Positions 7,240 through 16,345 of a DNA stretch of 51,819 nt are shown piece by piece. The first letter of the stretch is position 1, and every line of letters starts with the position of its first letter. The notes under the pieces were generated by a model. The model saw only the letters and a list, made by a program, of their open reading frames with translations. It was not told where the DNA came from and searched no databases. Both the position numbers and the translations under genes were made by a program. This stretch comes from Acidimicrobiales bacterium (GTDB taxonomy: Bacteria; Actinomycetota; Acidimicrobiia; Acidimicrobiales; VFJN01). The stretch lies in assembly GCA_051306055.1 (NCBI GenBank), contig JBPPMN010000009.1, positions 1 through 51,819 on the forward strand. Reading direction: 5' to 3'.

Positions 7240-8745
7240 CTAGTCGATGACGGTCTGGACGGGGGTGCCCGCCGGCGCCGGCGCCGGGCCCTCGAGCACG
7301 TGCTTGCGCAAGGTGACGGGCACGGCGACGGGGTAGTTGCCGGTGAAGCAGGCGTCGCAGAACCCGGCACCGGGGGCACCGGTGGAGGGGATCAGGCGGT
7401 CGAGCTGCACGTAGGCCAGCGTGTCGACGTTGAGGTAGTCGCGGATCTCGTCGATGGTGAGCGACGAGGCGAGCAGCTCGGTGCGGTCGCCGGTGTCGAT
7501 GCCGTAGAAGCACGACCACTTCACCGGCGGCGAGGTGATGCGCAGGTGCACTTCGGTGGCCCCAGCCTCCCGGAGCATCTTGGTGAGCTGCTTCTGGGTG
7601 GTGCCCCGCACGATCGAGTCGTCGACGACCACCAGGCGCTTGCCGGCGACGTTCTCGCGCAGCGGGTTGAGCTTCATGCGCACCGCCCGGGCCCGCAGCT
7701 CCTGGCTCGGGGCGATGAAGCTGCGGCCGATGTAGCGGTTCTTCACCACGCCCTGGCCGAAGGGGATGCCGCTGCGACGGGCGAAGCCCTCGGCGGCCGG
7801 CACGCCCGACTCGGGGACGCCCATCACCATGTCGGCCTCGACCGGCGCCTGGTCGGCCAGCTCCTCGCCGATGCGGATGCGGGCCTGGTGCACGCTCTGG
7901 TTGTAGAGGCGGGTGTCGGGCCGGGCGAAGTACACGAACTCGAACAGGCAGAGCTTGGGGTCGACCCGGGCGTCGGGGAAGGGGCGCAACGACCGGGGTC
8001 CGGAGGCGTCGATCACCACCATCTCGCCCGGCTCGATCTCGCGCACGAAGTGGGCGCCCACGACGTCGAGCGCCGGGCTCTCCGAGGCCAGCACCCAGCC
8101 CTGCTCCAGCTTGCCCAGGCACAACGGCCGGAAGCCGTTGGGGTCGCGCACGCCGATGATGCGTCCCTCGTCCATCATCACGAGAGAGAAGGCGCCCTCG
8201 AGCCGGGGCAGGACCTCGATGAGACCTCGCTCGATGTCGCGCTCGTCGCTGTGGCCCTCGGGGACCTTCTCCAGCTCAGCGGCCACCAGCTCGGCGACGA
8301 GGTCGGTGTCGCTGGTGACCGTGCCCGGCAGCATGCCGGCGTCGGCGGCCAGGGCCTCGGTGTTGGTGAGGTTGCCGTTGTGGCCGAGAGCGAAGTGGTG
8401 CGGACCGGCGCTGCGGTAGGCGGGCTGCGCGTTGCGCCAGGTGGACGAGCCGGTGGTGGAGTAGCGGCAGTGCCCGATGGCCAGGTGACCGTCGAGGCCG
8501 GCGAGGGTTCGGTCGTCGAACACCGAGGCCACCAGGCCCTGGTCCTTCACGACGAAGACCTCTCGGCCGTCGCTGACCGCCATGCCGGCGGACTCCTGGC
8601 CCCGGTGCTGGAGGGCGAACAGCCCGAGGTAGGTGAGGTGGGCGACGGGCTGGCCCGGGGCGTACACCCCGAACACCCCGCAGGCCTCCTTCAGGGAGTC
8701 GTCGACGTCGGGAGGCGGCACAACGGGCGGCTCACCGGCGGGCAT
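7240..8745 (-). CDS. purF: Amidophosphoribosyltransferase
   Basis: The N-terminal nucleophile context EACGVFGV, then QHRGQESAGMA, IGHCRYSTTG, GHNGNLTN, and the PRTase motif LVVVDDSIVRGTT. Confidence 0.95.
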   Translation of the reverse strand: MPAGEPPVVPPPDVDDSLKEACGVFGVYAPGQPVAHLTYLGLFALQHRGQESAGMAVSDGREVFVVKDQGLVASVFDDRTLAGLDGHLAIGHCRYSTTGSSTWRNAQPAYRSAGPHHFALGHNGNLTNTEALAADAGMLPGTVTSDTDLVAELVAAELEKVPEGHSDERDIERGLIEVLPRLEGAFSLVMMDEGRIIGVRDPNGFRPLCLGKLEQGWVLASESPALDVVGAHFVREIEPGEMVVIDASGPRSLRPFPDARVDPKLCLFEFVYFARPDTRLYNQSVHQARIRIGEELADQAPVEADMVMGVPESGVPAAEGFARRSGIPFGQGVVKNRYIGRSFIAPSQELRARAVRMKLNPLRENVAGKRLVVVDDSIVRGTTQKQLTKMLREAGATEVHLRITSPPVKWSCFYGIDTGDRTELLASSLTIDEIRDYLNVDTLAYVQLDRLIPSTGAPGAGFCDACFTGNYPVAVPVTLRKHVLEGPAPAPAGTPVQTVID

Positions 8746-8784
8746 GGACCCAGTCTGGCAGGAGTGGACAGCGATCCGACTACT

Positions 8785-9453
8785 TCAGGGGCGGGACGAG
8801 GGCGTCAGGGGGCGGCTCTCGACGCGATCGGCTCGGCGACGGCTGGCGGACAAGAGGGCGCGTCCGATCAGGAAGAGGGCCAGGGCGACGGCCAGCAGCA
8901 GGCCGACGTAGATGCCGGTGCGGGGGAGCGAGCCCCCGCCGACGTCGCCGCCACCCTGGCCCTGCGCGCTGCCGAGGACATCGAAGAGCCCGTCGGGATC
9001 GGGTCCGCAGCGGAGCGTGAAGTCGGCGCCGACGGCGGTGACGAGGTAGCGACCGGGGGTGAGGTCGGGCACGGTGAACGCGATGTCGAGGGTGGTGGTG
9101 GTGGCCTGGGCGGCCAGCACCTGCCCGCCGAAGGCCACCGGCGCGTCGGCGGACTGGCCCTGCAGAGGAGCGGTGCCTCGGGCCACCTCGGACCCACCGA
9201 GGAGGATGCGGACCGTGGCGCCGAAGGGCACGTTGGTGACCCGCACGCTGGCCGCCGCGCCCGGGGCCCCGGCGGTGAGGCTGAGGGCACAGGCGGGCTC
9301 GAGCTCGGGCGGCGCGGTGGTGGTCGTGGTGGTGGTGCCGCCGTAGGGATCCTGCGCGGCCGCGGGCCCGACGGTGCCGACCAGGGCGAGGCAGCAGGCC
9401 GCGAAGACGGCGCCGATGGCGGCTCGTCGTCGCACTGTGGACCTTGCCGTCAT
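8785..9453 (-). CDS. Secreted surface protein with an LPXTG-type sortase sorting signal and a poly-Thr tract
   Basis: Signal peptide MTARSTVRRRAAIGAVFAACCLALVGTVGPAAA|QD. A TTTTTTT run sits directly after the predicted cleavage site. The C-terminus has LPRTG, the hydrophobic IYVGLLLAVALALFLIG and the basic tail RALLSASRRR. GGGAG lies 8 nt upstream of the ATG. Confidence 0.7.
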   Translation of the reverse strand: MTARSTVRRRAAIGAVFAACCLALVGTVGPAAAQDPYGGTTTTTTTAPPELEPACALSLTAGAPGAAASVRVTNVPFGATVRILLGGSEVARGTAPLQGQSADAPVAFGGQVLAAQATTTTLDIAFTVPDLTPGRYLVTAVGADFTLRCGPDPDGLFDVLGSAQGQGGGDVGGGSLPRTGIYVGLLLAVALALFLIGRALLSASRRRADRVESRPLTPSSRP

Positions 9454-9520
9454 CTGCTCTGCTCCCGCCGGAGTCGTACCTCGAACTCCGCGAACTCTAC
9501 CAAACCACCCATACGCTACG

Positions 9521-11392
9521 TCATCGGAACACCGGGCCCACCGCGGCCGTCGGCTCGGTGGCCGGGGCGAGCACCCACTGCCGATCGAGTTCGACGCTTC
9601 CCTGCACGGCTCCTGCCTCGGTGGTCAGGTCGACCGCGACGCTGGTGGGCCGGATCCGCGGGGACGGGATCAGGACCACCTCGTAGTCGCCCGGGGGGCG
9701 GGGGGCCAGCTGCAGGGAGAGCGCCACCGTGCGGGCCTCCCCCGCCGCCAGGTCCACGATGAACGACGCGTAGGGTCGGCCCGCCTCGGTCCCGCTCGAC
9801 ACCGGTTCGACGGTGACGTCGCCTCCTGAGCCCTGGAGGCTGGCGCCCACCGGGAGGTAGAGCGTCACCAGGCTGCGGAGCGTGCCCGCCGGCAGCTGGG
9901 CCTCACCGGGGCCGGGGCCGAAGATGTAGGCGGGGACGGTGACATCGGCGGGGGCGGTGTTGGTGAGGGTGATCTCGGCCTCCACCTCCCCGAGGGCGCC
10001 GGCGGCACGGTCGCCGCTGAGGCGGAGCTCGGTGTCGAGGTAGTAGTCGAGCTTGTTGCCAGCCAGGTTCTGGGCGGTCAGCGCGAACGCGTCGCTGGCC
10101 CCGTCGACCTCCTCGACCGGCGGGTAGGCACCGTCGGCACCGAAGGCCTCTATGGCGGACTGCGCCCCCGACCGGTCGGCCCACATGAGCAGGTGGCGAC
10201 CGTCGACAGCGTCGACCAGCGCTTCGGCGAGGGGTCGCAGGCTGGGGAAGTCGCCATCGACGAGACGACGGAAGGCGGCTTCCGCCACGTCGCCCAGCAC
10301 GTCGGTGCGGGCTTCGACATCGGGGAAGAGGAAGTAGGCCTCGTTGAGCGTGAGGTCGACGACGTTGTCGGAGCGCACCTCGCCCAGCTCCGGCACCACC
10401 ACCGGTCCCACCCCCGCCAGGATGGCCGCCAGACCATCGGGGTCGACCTGGAGGACCCCGTTCACGGGTAGGCCCGAAGCTGAGGTGTAGAGCGCCTCGA
10501 GCACCGGAGCGACCACGGTGAAGTCGCCCGCGAGGTTGGCCTGCCGGAACCGCGACAGCGCATCGAACCCACCCCAGCGGGCCAGGTAGTCGTCGGGGAG
10601 GAGCTCGGTGCTCACCGGGCCCGGCACGGCCAGCTCGTCGATGTCGCCGAACTCCACGAGATCGATGACGCCGTCGCGGCCCTCCAGCACGCCGTAGTTG
10701 AGGATCATGCCGCCGGAGCCGCGCATCTCGGCCGTGTTGGCGACGGCGATGAGGTACCGGCGGGGACCGTCGGCGCCCGCCAGGTGGCCGAGGAGGTCGA
10801 GCCCACGGTTGAGCACCCCGAGCTGCTGCTCGCGCCCGGCGGCCTCGCCCAGCACTGCGTCGCGGGCCTCGGCCACCGGCGGCAGAAGAAGGCCCGACGA
10901 CGCCGACCGCCGCGCCTCGGACAGCTGGATGAGCAGGTGTGAGATCTCCCGCTGGGCACCGGTCACCGCGTCGATCGGGACGGTGCCGTCGGAGAGGCTC
11001 ACCTCAAGGGTCCCCTGGTCGGACTGCAGCGGCTCCGAGAGGTCGAGGATCCGCAGCCCGCCGTGGATCACCACCGCGGCGAGGTCGACCGACTCCTGCA
11101 GGCTGTGCAGGTTGGCTCCCGCGCCGGGCACCATCCGCAGGAGCCCGAGCCCGATGGAGCTGCGCAGCGTCTCGTTGGAGCTGAAGACGAGGTCTTGGGC
11201 TTCCCCGAGGGCGGCGGTGGCGTCGGCCAGGCGACCGTCGCGCAGCGCGACGGCGGCCTCGTCGACCAGGTCGTTGGCGTCCTGCAGGTCGGCGGAGACG
11301 CCCGCCACCTGGAGGCCGGTGACCACGATCAGGCTGCCCAGCAGCACGAGCGCGCCGGTGGCGACCAGCAGGCGCCGCATGCGTCGGCTCAT
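9521..11392 (-). CDS. DUF4012-family envelope protein (N-terminal TM anchor, large extracytoplasmic domain)
   Basis: MSRRMRRLLVATGALVLLGSLIVVTGL is the TM anchor. The family-typical core is YLIAVANTAEMRGSGGMILNYGVLEGRDG. I trimmed the track ORF 9521..12073 to the ATG at 11392, which forms an ATGA overlap with the upstream stop. Confidence 0.75.
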   Translation of the reverse strand: MSRRMRRLLVATGALVLLGSLIVVTGLQVAGVSADLQDANDLVDEAAVALRDGRLADATAALGEAQDLVFSSNETLRSSIGLGLLRMVPGAGANLHSLQESVDLAAVVIHGGLRILDLSEPLQSDQGTLEVSLSDGTVPIDAVTGAQREISHLLIQLSEARRSASSGLLLPPVAEARDAVLGEAAGREQQLGVLNRGLDLLGHLAGADGPRRYLIAVANTAEMRGSGGMILNYGVLEGRDGVIDLVEFGDIDELAVPGPVSTELLPDDYLARWGGFDALSRFRQANLAGDFTVVAPVLEALYTSASGLPVNGVLQVDPDGLAAILAGVGPVVVPELGEVRSDNVVDLTLNEAYFLFPDVEARTDVLGDVAEAAFRRLVDGDFPSLRPLAEALVDAVDGRHLLMWADRSGAQSAIEAFGADGAYPPVEEVDGASDAFALTAQNLAGNKLDYYLDTELRLSGDRAAGALGEVEAEITLTNTAPADVTVPAYIFGPGPGEAQLPAGTLRSLVTLYLPVGASLQGSGGDVTVEPVSSGTEAGRPYASFIVDLAAGEARTVALSLQLAPRPPGDYEVVLIPSPRIRPTSVAVDLTTEAGAVQGSVELDRQWVLAPATEPTAAVGPVFR

Positions 11393-12129
11393 GGCGCGGC
11401 CGGGTCCTGGGCGGCGCCGGCGCGGTCCTTGCTCTGGGCCAGGCTGAGGCCACCGCGCAGGAAGCGGAGCAGGACGTAGGTGAAGTAGACGGCGACCACG
11501 CCGGCCCCCACCTCGACCACGACGGCATCGTCGAGCAGGGCCCACAGCACTGGGACGCCGAAGAGGAAGGCGTGCTCGACGTCGATGCGCACCGGCGCTG
11601 GCACGAGCCGGTGCCGGGCCATCCACGCCACGTAGCGGCCGGGCATGGCGTCGGACGCCCGCCACATGGTGCCCTGCATCTCGGTGCTCAGCCGCACGGC
11701 CATGTGGGCGAGGAAGGCCACGACCGGCCCCAGCGCCAGGAGGGCGGGGGTCTCCGCCGTCCACAGGAGCCACAGGCCGAGACCCAGGAAGTTGGCCGCG
11801 GTGACGAGGTAGTCGCCCACGAAGTCGGCGTAGGCGCCGGCGGCCGAGGTGGTGCCGCGGCGCCGGGCCAGCTTGCCGTCCATGCAGTCGAGCACGAAGC
11901 GGATCTCGTAGAGCACGGCGGCCGCCAGCAGGTGGCCGAACGCGAAGAGCACGGCGGTGACCAGCCCGAGTCCGTGGGCCACCACTGTGAGCCGCATGGG
12001 GGTGACCCACCTCCACGGGTCGACGATCCGCACGAGGCGCACCGCGAACGGATCGACGGCCAGCACGGTCCACCAGGCGTCGAGTCGGTGGAGCTCGTCG
12101 TGCGGCGCCTCCGACGCGGGAGCGGTCAC
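11389..12129 (-). CDS. CDP-alcohol phosphotransferase family membrane protein (paralog A)
   Basis: The signature D-G-x2-A-R-x8-G-x3-D-x3-D is seen as DCMDGKLARRRGTTSAAGAYADFVGD. The protein has multiple hydrophobic helices. The start is GTG 12129, overlapping the upstream stop (GTGA). Confidence 0.75.
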   Translation of the reverse strand: MTAPASEAPHDELHRLDAWWTVLAVDPFAVRLVRIVDPWRWVTPMRLTVVAHGLGLVTAVLFAFGHLLAAAVLYEIRFVLDCMDGKLARRRGTTSAAGAYADFVGDYLVTAANFLGLGLWLLWTAETPALLALGPVVAFLAHMAVRLSTEMQGTMWRASDAMPGRYVAWMARHRLVPAPVRIDVEHAFLFGVPVLWALLDDAVVVEVGAGVVAVYFTYVLLRFLRGGLSLAQSKDRAGAAQDPAAP

Positions 12130-12824
12130 GCGGCGGCTGGCCGGGCGACAGCCACCAGCCCCCGGGCGTACTGGGGGAGCCGCTCGGCGATCAGGCCCGA
12201 TGCGTAGCCCATCGGGCCCCTGAGCGCCTGGCGCCAGTGGAGCGGCCGGGTGCGGTAGAAGCCGATCTCGACGGGCTCGAGGCCGCTCATGGTGAACAGC
12301 CGGGTGAGCGTGCTGGCCGAGTAGTAGGCGACGTGCTCCGGGTGCACGTTCTCGGTGCGGCCGGCCAACCGGGCCACCACCGAGAGGTTGAAGGCGTTGG
12401 GCACCGTGACCACGATCGAGCCGCCGGGGTCGAGCAGGGTGGCCAGCGACCGCAGCGCCGCGCCGGGGCACGGGAGGTGCTCCAGCACCTCGCCCAGCAC
12501 CACGTGATCGCAGCGCACGTCGGCCAACGCCGCCGGCCAGGAGGCAACAGGGGCCGTGATGTCGGCGTTGTGGTAGTCGGCCTCGATCTGGGTGCGGAAG
12601 GCGGCGATGGCGGCGTCGGAGATGTCGATGAACGTGGTGTGGGCGGCGACCCGGGCCAGGCGGGCGGAGAACGTGCCGCTCAGATCGGTGGCGTCGGTGA
12701 CGTTGAAGGAGTAGGTGGTGTCGTGTGTCTGGCCGCCGAGCCCGATGCTCACCACTCGAGTCCCCGCCACGCGATCGATCACGAACGAGGTGCGGTCGTG
12801 GAGCGCGGCGCGCTCGAGCCTCAC
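12126..12824 (-). CDS. Class I SAM-dependent methyltransferase
   Basis: VVSIGLGG is motif-I-like. DHVVLGEVLEHLPCPGAALRSLATLLDPGGSIVVTVPN is typical of the Methyltransf_11/23 type. The start is GTG 12824, with GGAGG 5 nt upstream. Confidence 0.75.
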   Translation of the reverse strand: MRLERAALHDRTSFVIDRVAGTRVVSIGLGGQTHDTTYSFNVTDATDLSGTFSARLARVAAHTTFIDISDAAIAAFRTQIEADYHNADITAPVASWPAALADVRCDHVVLGEVLEHLPCPGAALRSLATLLDPGGSIVVTVPNAFNLSVVARLAGRTENVHPEHVAYYSASTLTRLFTMSGLEPVEIGFYRTRPLHWRQALRGPMGYASGLIAERLPQYARGLVAVARPAAA

Positions 12825-12852
12825 CCGATCCTCCCCATCCCCATCGGGGCGA

Positions 12853-13977
12853 TCATAGGGACCGCCTCGGGCTCGGCCCGGAGCGGGCCAGGGCGAGGTA
12901 GCGGCGCGCCACCTCGGCGTGGTCGAACCCGGCGGCCAGCCGCTGGGCGCCAGCGCCGAGCTCGGTTCGGCGGTCGGGATCGGCGATGAGCGAGCGGATG
13001 GCCTTCGCCAGGCCGGCGGCATCGCCCACCTCGTGGAACAGCGCCTGGTCGCCGAGCGCCTCGCGATGGGCCGGGATGTCGGACACCACAAGGGGCCGGC
13101 CCGCCGCCATCGCCTCGAGCACCACCATCGAGAACGCCTCCCACAGCGACGGCTGCACCACGACGTCGGCCGCTCGCAGTGCGGCACCGACCTCCTCGGG
13201 GGAGACGTTCCCGACCATGGTGACTCGGTTCGCCAGACCGGTGTCGTCCACCTGCCGGGACAGCTCGGTGCGGAGGTCTCCTTCGCCGAGGATGGCGAGG
13301 TCGACCTCTGGGAGCTCGACCATCGCGGCGAGGAGCGTGCGGTGGTCCTTCTGCTCGGCCAGCCGACCGACCGCGACCACCAGCGGCCGGGTGGGGTCGG
13401 AGCGCGGGTCGCTCGCCCACCCACCGCTGTCAGCGTGGGCCGGCGCGCTCACGTCGATCCCGTTGTGGATCACGACCGCACCTCGCCGCGCCGCGGGGCC
13501 GTAGCTGTCGAGCGTGGACTGCGACACGTACACGTGGACCCCGACCAGGGGTGTGCGGCGCACGACCCGCAGCACGGCCCGTCGGAGCGGACTCTCGAAG
13601 TCGGCCACTACGTGGTGCACGGCGATGCGGCGCGGCACGCCGGCCAGCAGACCGGCCAGGGAGGCCACCACGATGGCGTGGAAGGTGTGGGCGATCAGGG
13701 CGGTCGGACGCTGGCGACGCAGGAGACGGCTCAGCCGAGCGACGAGGGCGAGGGTGCCGAACGGCCCGGGTCGGTCGGGCCGCAGATCGACGTAGCCCTC
13801 GTCGGCGAAGGCATCGGCCCGGCGGTAGAGGAACACGACCTCGCTCTCGACGCCGTCGGCTCGAAGGGCCTGGCACAGCTGGTGCGCCACCCGCTGGGCC
13901 CCCGCCGGCTCTCGTTGGGTGACCACCTGCACGATGCGCTCGGGGCCCGCTGCTCGTCGGGGTCGGCGCTCAGGCAT
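12853..13977 (-). CDS. GT4-family (GT-B) glycosyltransferase
   Basis: N-terminal IVQVVTQREPAGAQRVAHQL. The C-terminal donor-binding region reads LVVAVGRLAEQKDHRTLL...VVQPSLWEAFSMVVLEAMAAGRPLVVSD, an E-x7-E-like motif. Confidence 0.85.
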   Translation of the reverse strand: MPERRPRRAAGPERIVQVVTQREPAGAQRVAHQLCQALRADGVESEVVFLYRRADAFADEGYVDLRPDRPGPFGTLALVARLSRLLRRQRPTALIAHTFHAIVVASLAGLLAGVPRRIAVHHVVADFESPLRRAVLRVVRRTPLVGVHVYVSQSTLDSYGPAARRGAVVIHNGIDVSAPAHADSGGWASDPRSDPTRPLVVAVGRLAEQKDHRTLLAAMVELPEVDLAILGEGDLRTELSRQVDDTGLANRVTMVGNVSPEEVGAALRAADVVVQPSLWEAFSMVVLEAMAAGRPLVVSDIPAHREALGDQALFHEVGDAAGLAKAIRSLIADPDRRTELGAGAQRLAAGFDHAEVARRYLALARSGPSPRRSL

Positions 13978-14731
13978 CGGCGTCGGAGTGGGGACGCACC
14001 CGGTCGGCCTGGGCCGCCGCCCGCAGGGCCGACACCCCGAAGCGGAGGCCCTGGAGGGCGAAGTACACCGCCGACGCCGCGAGGCCGACCGCCACCAGGT
14101 CGGCGACGCCCGCCACGGCCAGCAGCGGGATCACGAACAGGGCGCCGTGCTCCACCTCGATGGTGGTCACCGTGGGGTAGATCCGGCGGCGGCGCAGCCG
14201 CCCCGCCACCCCGTGGAGCGACACCCGCTCGATCGGCTTGCGCAGGTCCAGCTCGGCGAACAGCGCGTCGCGCTGCTCCCTGAAGGCGAACTGCAGGGGG
14301 TAGGCGGCGGCGAGCGCCACCGCCAGCCACGGACGATCGATCGACGCTCCCAGCGCGACGAAGCTGGCCAGGACGACCACCTTGTCGGCGTTGGAGTCGA
14401 GCACGGCCCCGAACCGGGAGGTCTGCCCGCGGAGGCGGGCCAGCTTGCCGTCGAGGCAGTCGACGAAGAACCGGAGCTCGAACAGCAGCGCCCCCAGCAG
14501 CAGATGGTCGAGAGCGAAGGCCACCGCCGCCCCCACCCCGGCCAGCTGCGCGGCGACGGTGAGGCGGATCGGCGTGACGGCGCGCACGGGAGCGAGCCAG
14601 GCCAGGACCCGCACGCCGAGCGGGTCGATGAGCAGGACGGTCCAGGCGCTGTCGAGGGGCTTGAGCAGGGTGGCCCGCTGTTCGGCGGTGAGGGACCGGC
14701 GCTTGCCGTGGTCGGCGCGTCGGCCGCTCAA
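13970..14731 (-). CDS. CDP-alcohol phosphotransferase family membrane protein (paralog B)
   Basis: DCLDGKLARLRGQTSRFGAVLDSNAD, in a polytopic protein. It is collinear with paralog A (LDSAWTVLLIDPLGVRVL versus LDAWWTVLAVDPFAVRLV). The only in-frame start after the upstream stop is TTG 14731, which forms a TTGA overlap, so the start is uncertain. Confidence 0.7.
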   Translation of the reverse strand: MSGRRADHGKRRSLTAEQRATLLKPLDSAWTVLLIDPLGVRVLAWLAPVRAVTPIRLTVAAQLAGVGAAVAFALDHLLLGALLFELRFFVDCLDGKLARLRGQTSRFGAVLDSNADKVVVLASFVALGASIDRPWLAVALAAAYPLQFAFREQRDALFAELDLRKPIERVSLHGVAGRLRRRRIYPTVTTIEVEHGALFVIPLLAVAGVADLVAVGLAASAVYFALQGLRFGVSALRAAAQADRVRPHSDADA

Positions 14732-16242
14732 CTCGATCCACCGCGACGCGCTGCCCTGGAGGGATCCGCCACCGGGGGCGGGTCGGGGCGCGCCTCCAGG
14801 ACCGGCACCTGACCGGCTCGGTGTGCGTCGCGAAGGGCGATCGACACCGCCGTGACGAGGTAGAGCCCGCCGAAGCCCATGGTGGGCTCGGCCATCGCGT
14901 CGGAGGCGAGGCCGTTCATCCCGAGGACGGCCAGGAGCCCCACCAGGGCGATGCCATCGGGACGGGCCCGGATCACCTGCACCACGGTGAGGTTCCGCAC
15001 GACGGTGAACACGATGGCCAGGAGCAGGATCACCGCCACGATGCCGCCGCTGACCAACCACGAGAGGATGGAGTTGTGGGCGTTGCGGGCCCACGGTCCG
15101 ACGTCGAGGAACATCGTGCGAGCCACCCCGTAGCCGAGGCCGAACGTCCAGTCGAACAGCGTGTCGAGCGCTCGGGCGCCGACCGACCAGAGACCGAGCC
15201 GACCGTTGCCGGTGGCCAGCGACTCGGAGTCGTCGTCGCGCAGGAGGTACTCCCCGATCCGGGCGCCCCAGAACGTGTAGGCGGCGAAGCCCACCATGGC
15301 CACCAGCGGGGCGCCCACCGAGCGCAGGAGCGGGCGGAGGCGACCGGCCAGCGCGAAGGTGAGGGAGGCACCGCACACCAGCTCGAGCCACGACATGCGG
15401 GAGTGGTTGGCGTAGAGCGCCGCCACCATGGTCACCACGGCCATCGCCCGCGACACCGGAGAGAGGCGCAGGACCGAGCCCGGCGCGGTGAGGGCAACGA
15501 TCAGCGCGGCGGCCAGCACCAGCCCAGAGGCGTTGGGGTGGGCGCCCATCCACGTGAACCGCTCGAGGTTGGCGCCGCCAGCGGGGACGAAGATCGGACC
15601 GAGGGCCAGCCCGACGAAGACCAGCCCGACGGCCAGGCGCACCAACCATCGCAGGTAGGTGCCGATGAGCACGTCGAGCACCTCACGGTGCTCGCGGGCG
15701 GCCGCCACCGTGGCCCAGGCCAGGACGGCGATGATCAGCATCTGGAGCCCACGAGCGAAGGCGTAGGGCCCGAACGGGCTCCACGTGGCCGACGCCATGG
15801 CCCACACCGGAAGGGCCAGCAGCAGGATCGGGGGGCGGGCCACCTGCAGACCGGGTTCGAAGCGACCGATGACGGTGACCGCGAAGGCGGCCACGACGAG
15901 GAAGTAGCTCAGCTCGATGGCCGGCTCGACGCCAACCTCCGACACCGCCACCGTGGTGGGCCGGATGATGAAGCTGTGGAGCGGCAGGATGGTGACCACC
16001 AGCCACGACGCGGCGAGGGGACCCGCCACGGCCCGCTCAGCCGAGACGCCACCGCGGCGCAGGGCGATGGCTCGGCGCACGACGAGCAGGTTCCCCACGA
16101 CCAGCATCGCGAAGAGCGCCATGGTCACGAAGAAGCCCAGCGAACCGGCCTGGGAGAGGACGGCGAGGCTGAGCACGACGAGACCGCCCACCAGCACCTG
16201 CATGCACCGCACGGTAGTGCTCGGAGGGGGCACAAGGTCCAT
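14728..16242 (-). CDS. O-antigen ligase / polymerase-like polytopic membrane protein (Wzy_C domain)
   Basis: At least 10 hydrophobic segments. WMGAHPNASGLVLAAALIV and NAHNSILSWLVSGGIVAVILL are typical of the Wzy_C (RfaL/Wzy/PglL) family. The alternative start ATG 16203 (MQVLVGG) is preceded by TACCGT at a 7-nt distance. Confidence 0.75.
   Translation of the reverse strand: MDLVPPPSTTVRCMQVLVGGLVVLSLAVLSQAGSLGFFVTMALFAMLVVGNLLVVRRAIALRRGGVSAERAVAGPLAASWLVVTILPLHSFIIRPTTVAVSEVGVEPAIELSYFLVVAAFAVTVIGRFEPGLQVARPPILLLALPVWAMASATWSPFGPYAFARGLQMLIIAVLAWATVAAAREHREVLDVLIGTYLRWLVRLAVGLVFVGLALGPIFVPAGGANLERFTWMGAHPNASGLVLAAALIVALTAPGSVLRLSPVSRAMAVVTMVAALYANHSRMSWLELVCGASLTFALAGRLRPLLRSVGAPLVAMVGFAAYTFWGARIGEYLLRDDDSESLATGNGRLGLWSVGARALDTLFDWTFGLGYGVARTMFLDVGPWARNAHNSILSWLVSGGIVAVILLLAIVFTVVRNLTVVQVIRARPDGIALVGLLAVLGMNGLASDAMAEPTMGFGGLYLVTAVSIALRDAHRAGQVPVLEARPDPPPVADPSRAARRGGSS
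16211..16216 (-). promoter_or_regulatory. Putative -10 element (TACCGT on the minus strand) 7 nt before the alternative ATG 16203 of the Wzy_C gene
   Basis: The minus strand reads CACTACCGT GCGGTGC ATG. If this element is used, the gene is leaderless and starts at 16203. Confidence 0.2.
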
Positions 16243-16306
16243 AAGGGTCAGCGGCGGGAGGCGATCCAGGGGTCGGCGGCGAACTCGAACCCGAGGTGCC
16301 TCCGGC

Positions 16307-16312
16307 TAGGTT
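16307..16312 (+). promoter_or_regulatory. Putative -10 element (TAGGTT within GGCTAGGTT) upstream of the BY-kinase gene
   Basis: The 9-mer GGCTAGGTT (16304-16312) is identical to the one at 25011-25019. It lies 33 nt upstream of GTG 16346. Confidence 0.25.
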
Positions 16313-16345
16313 GAGGCGCCGCCCGAGCGACGGATCGAGCCCTGC

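Noticed and set aside
9311-9334. GGT/GTG-rich short tandem-looking DNA (ggtggtcgtggtggtggtg).
   Set aside because: It is the reverse complement of the ACC/ACG codons that encode the TTTTTTT tract of the LPXTG protein. I interpret it as coding low complexity, not a regulatory repeat. Slippage-based length variation is conceivable, but the repeat is imperfect.
7300-9762. 820-aa plus-strand ORF across purF, the LPXTG gene and the DUF4012 3' end.
   Set aside because: It is antisense to three recognised genes, has Gly/Ala/Arg-rich composition and matches no family.
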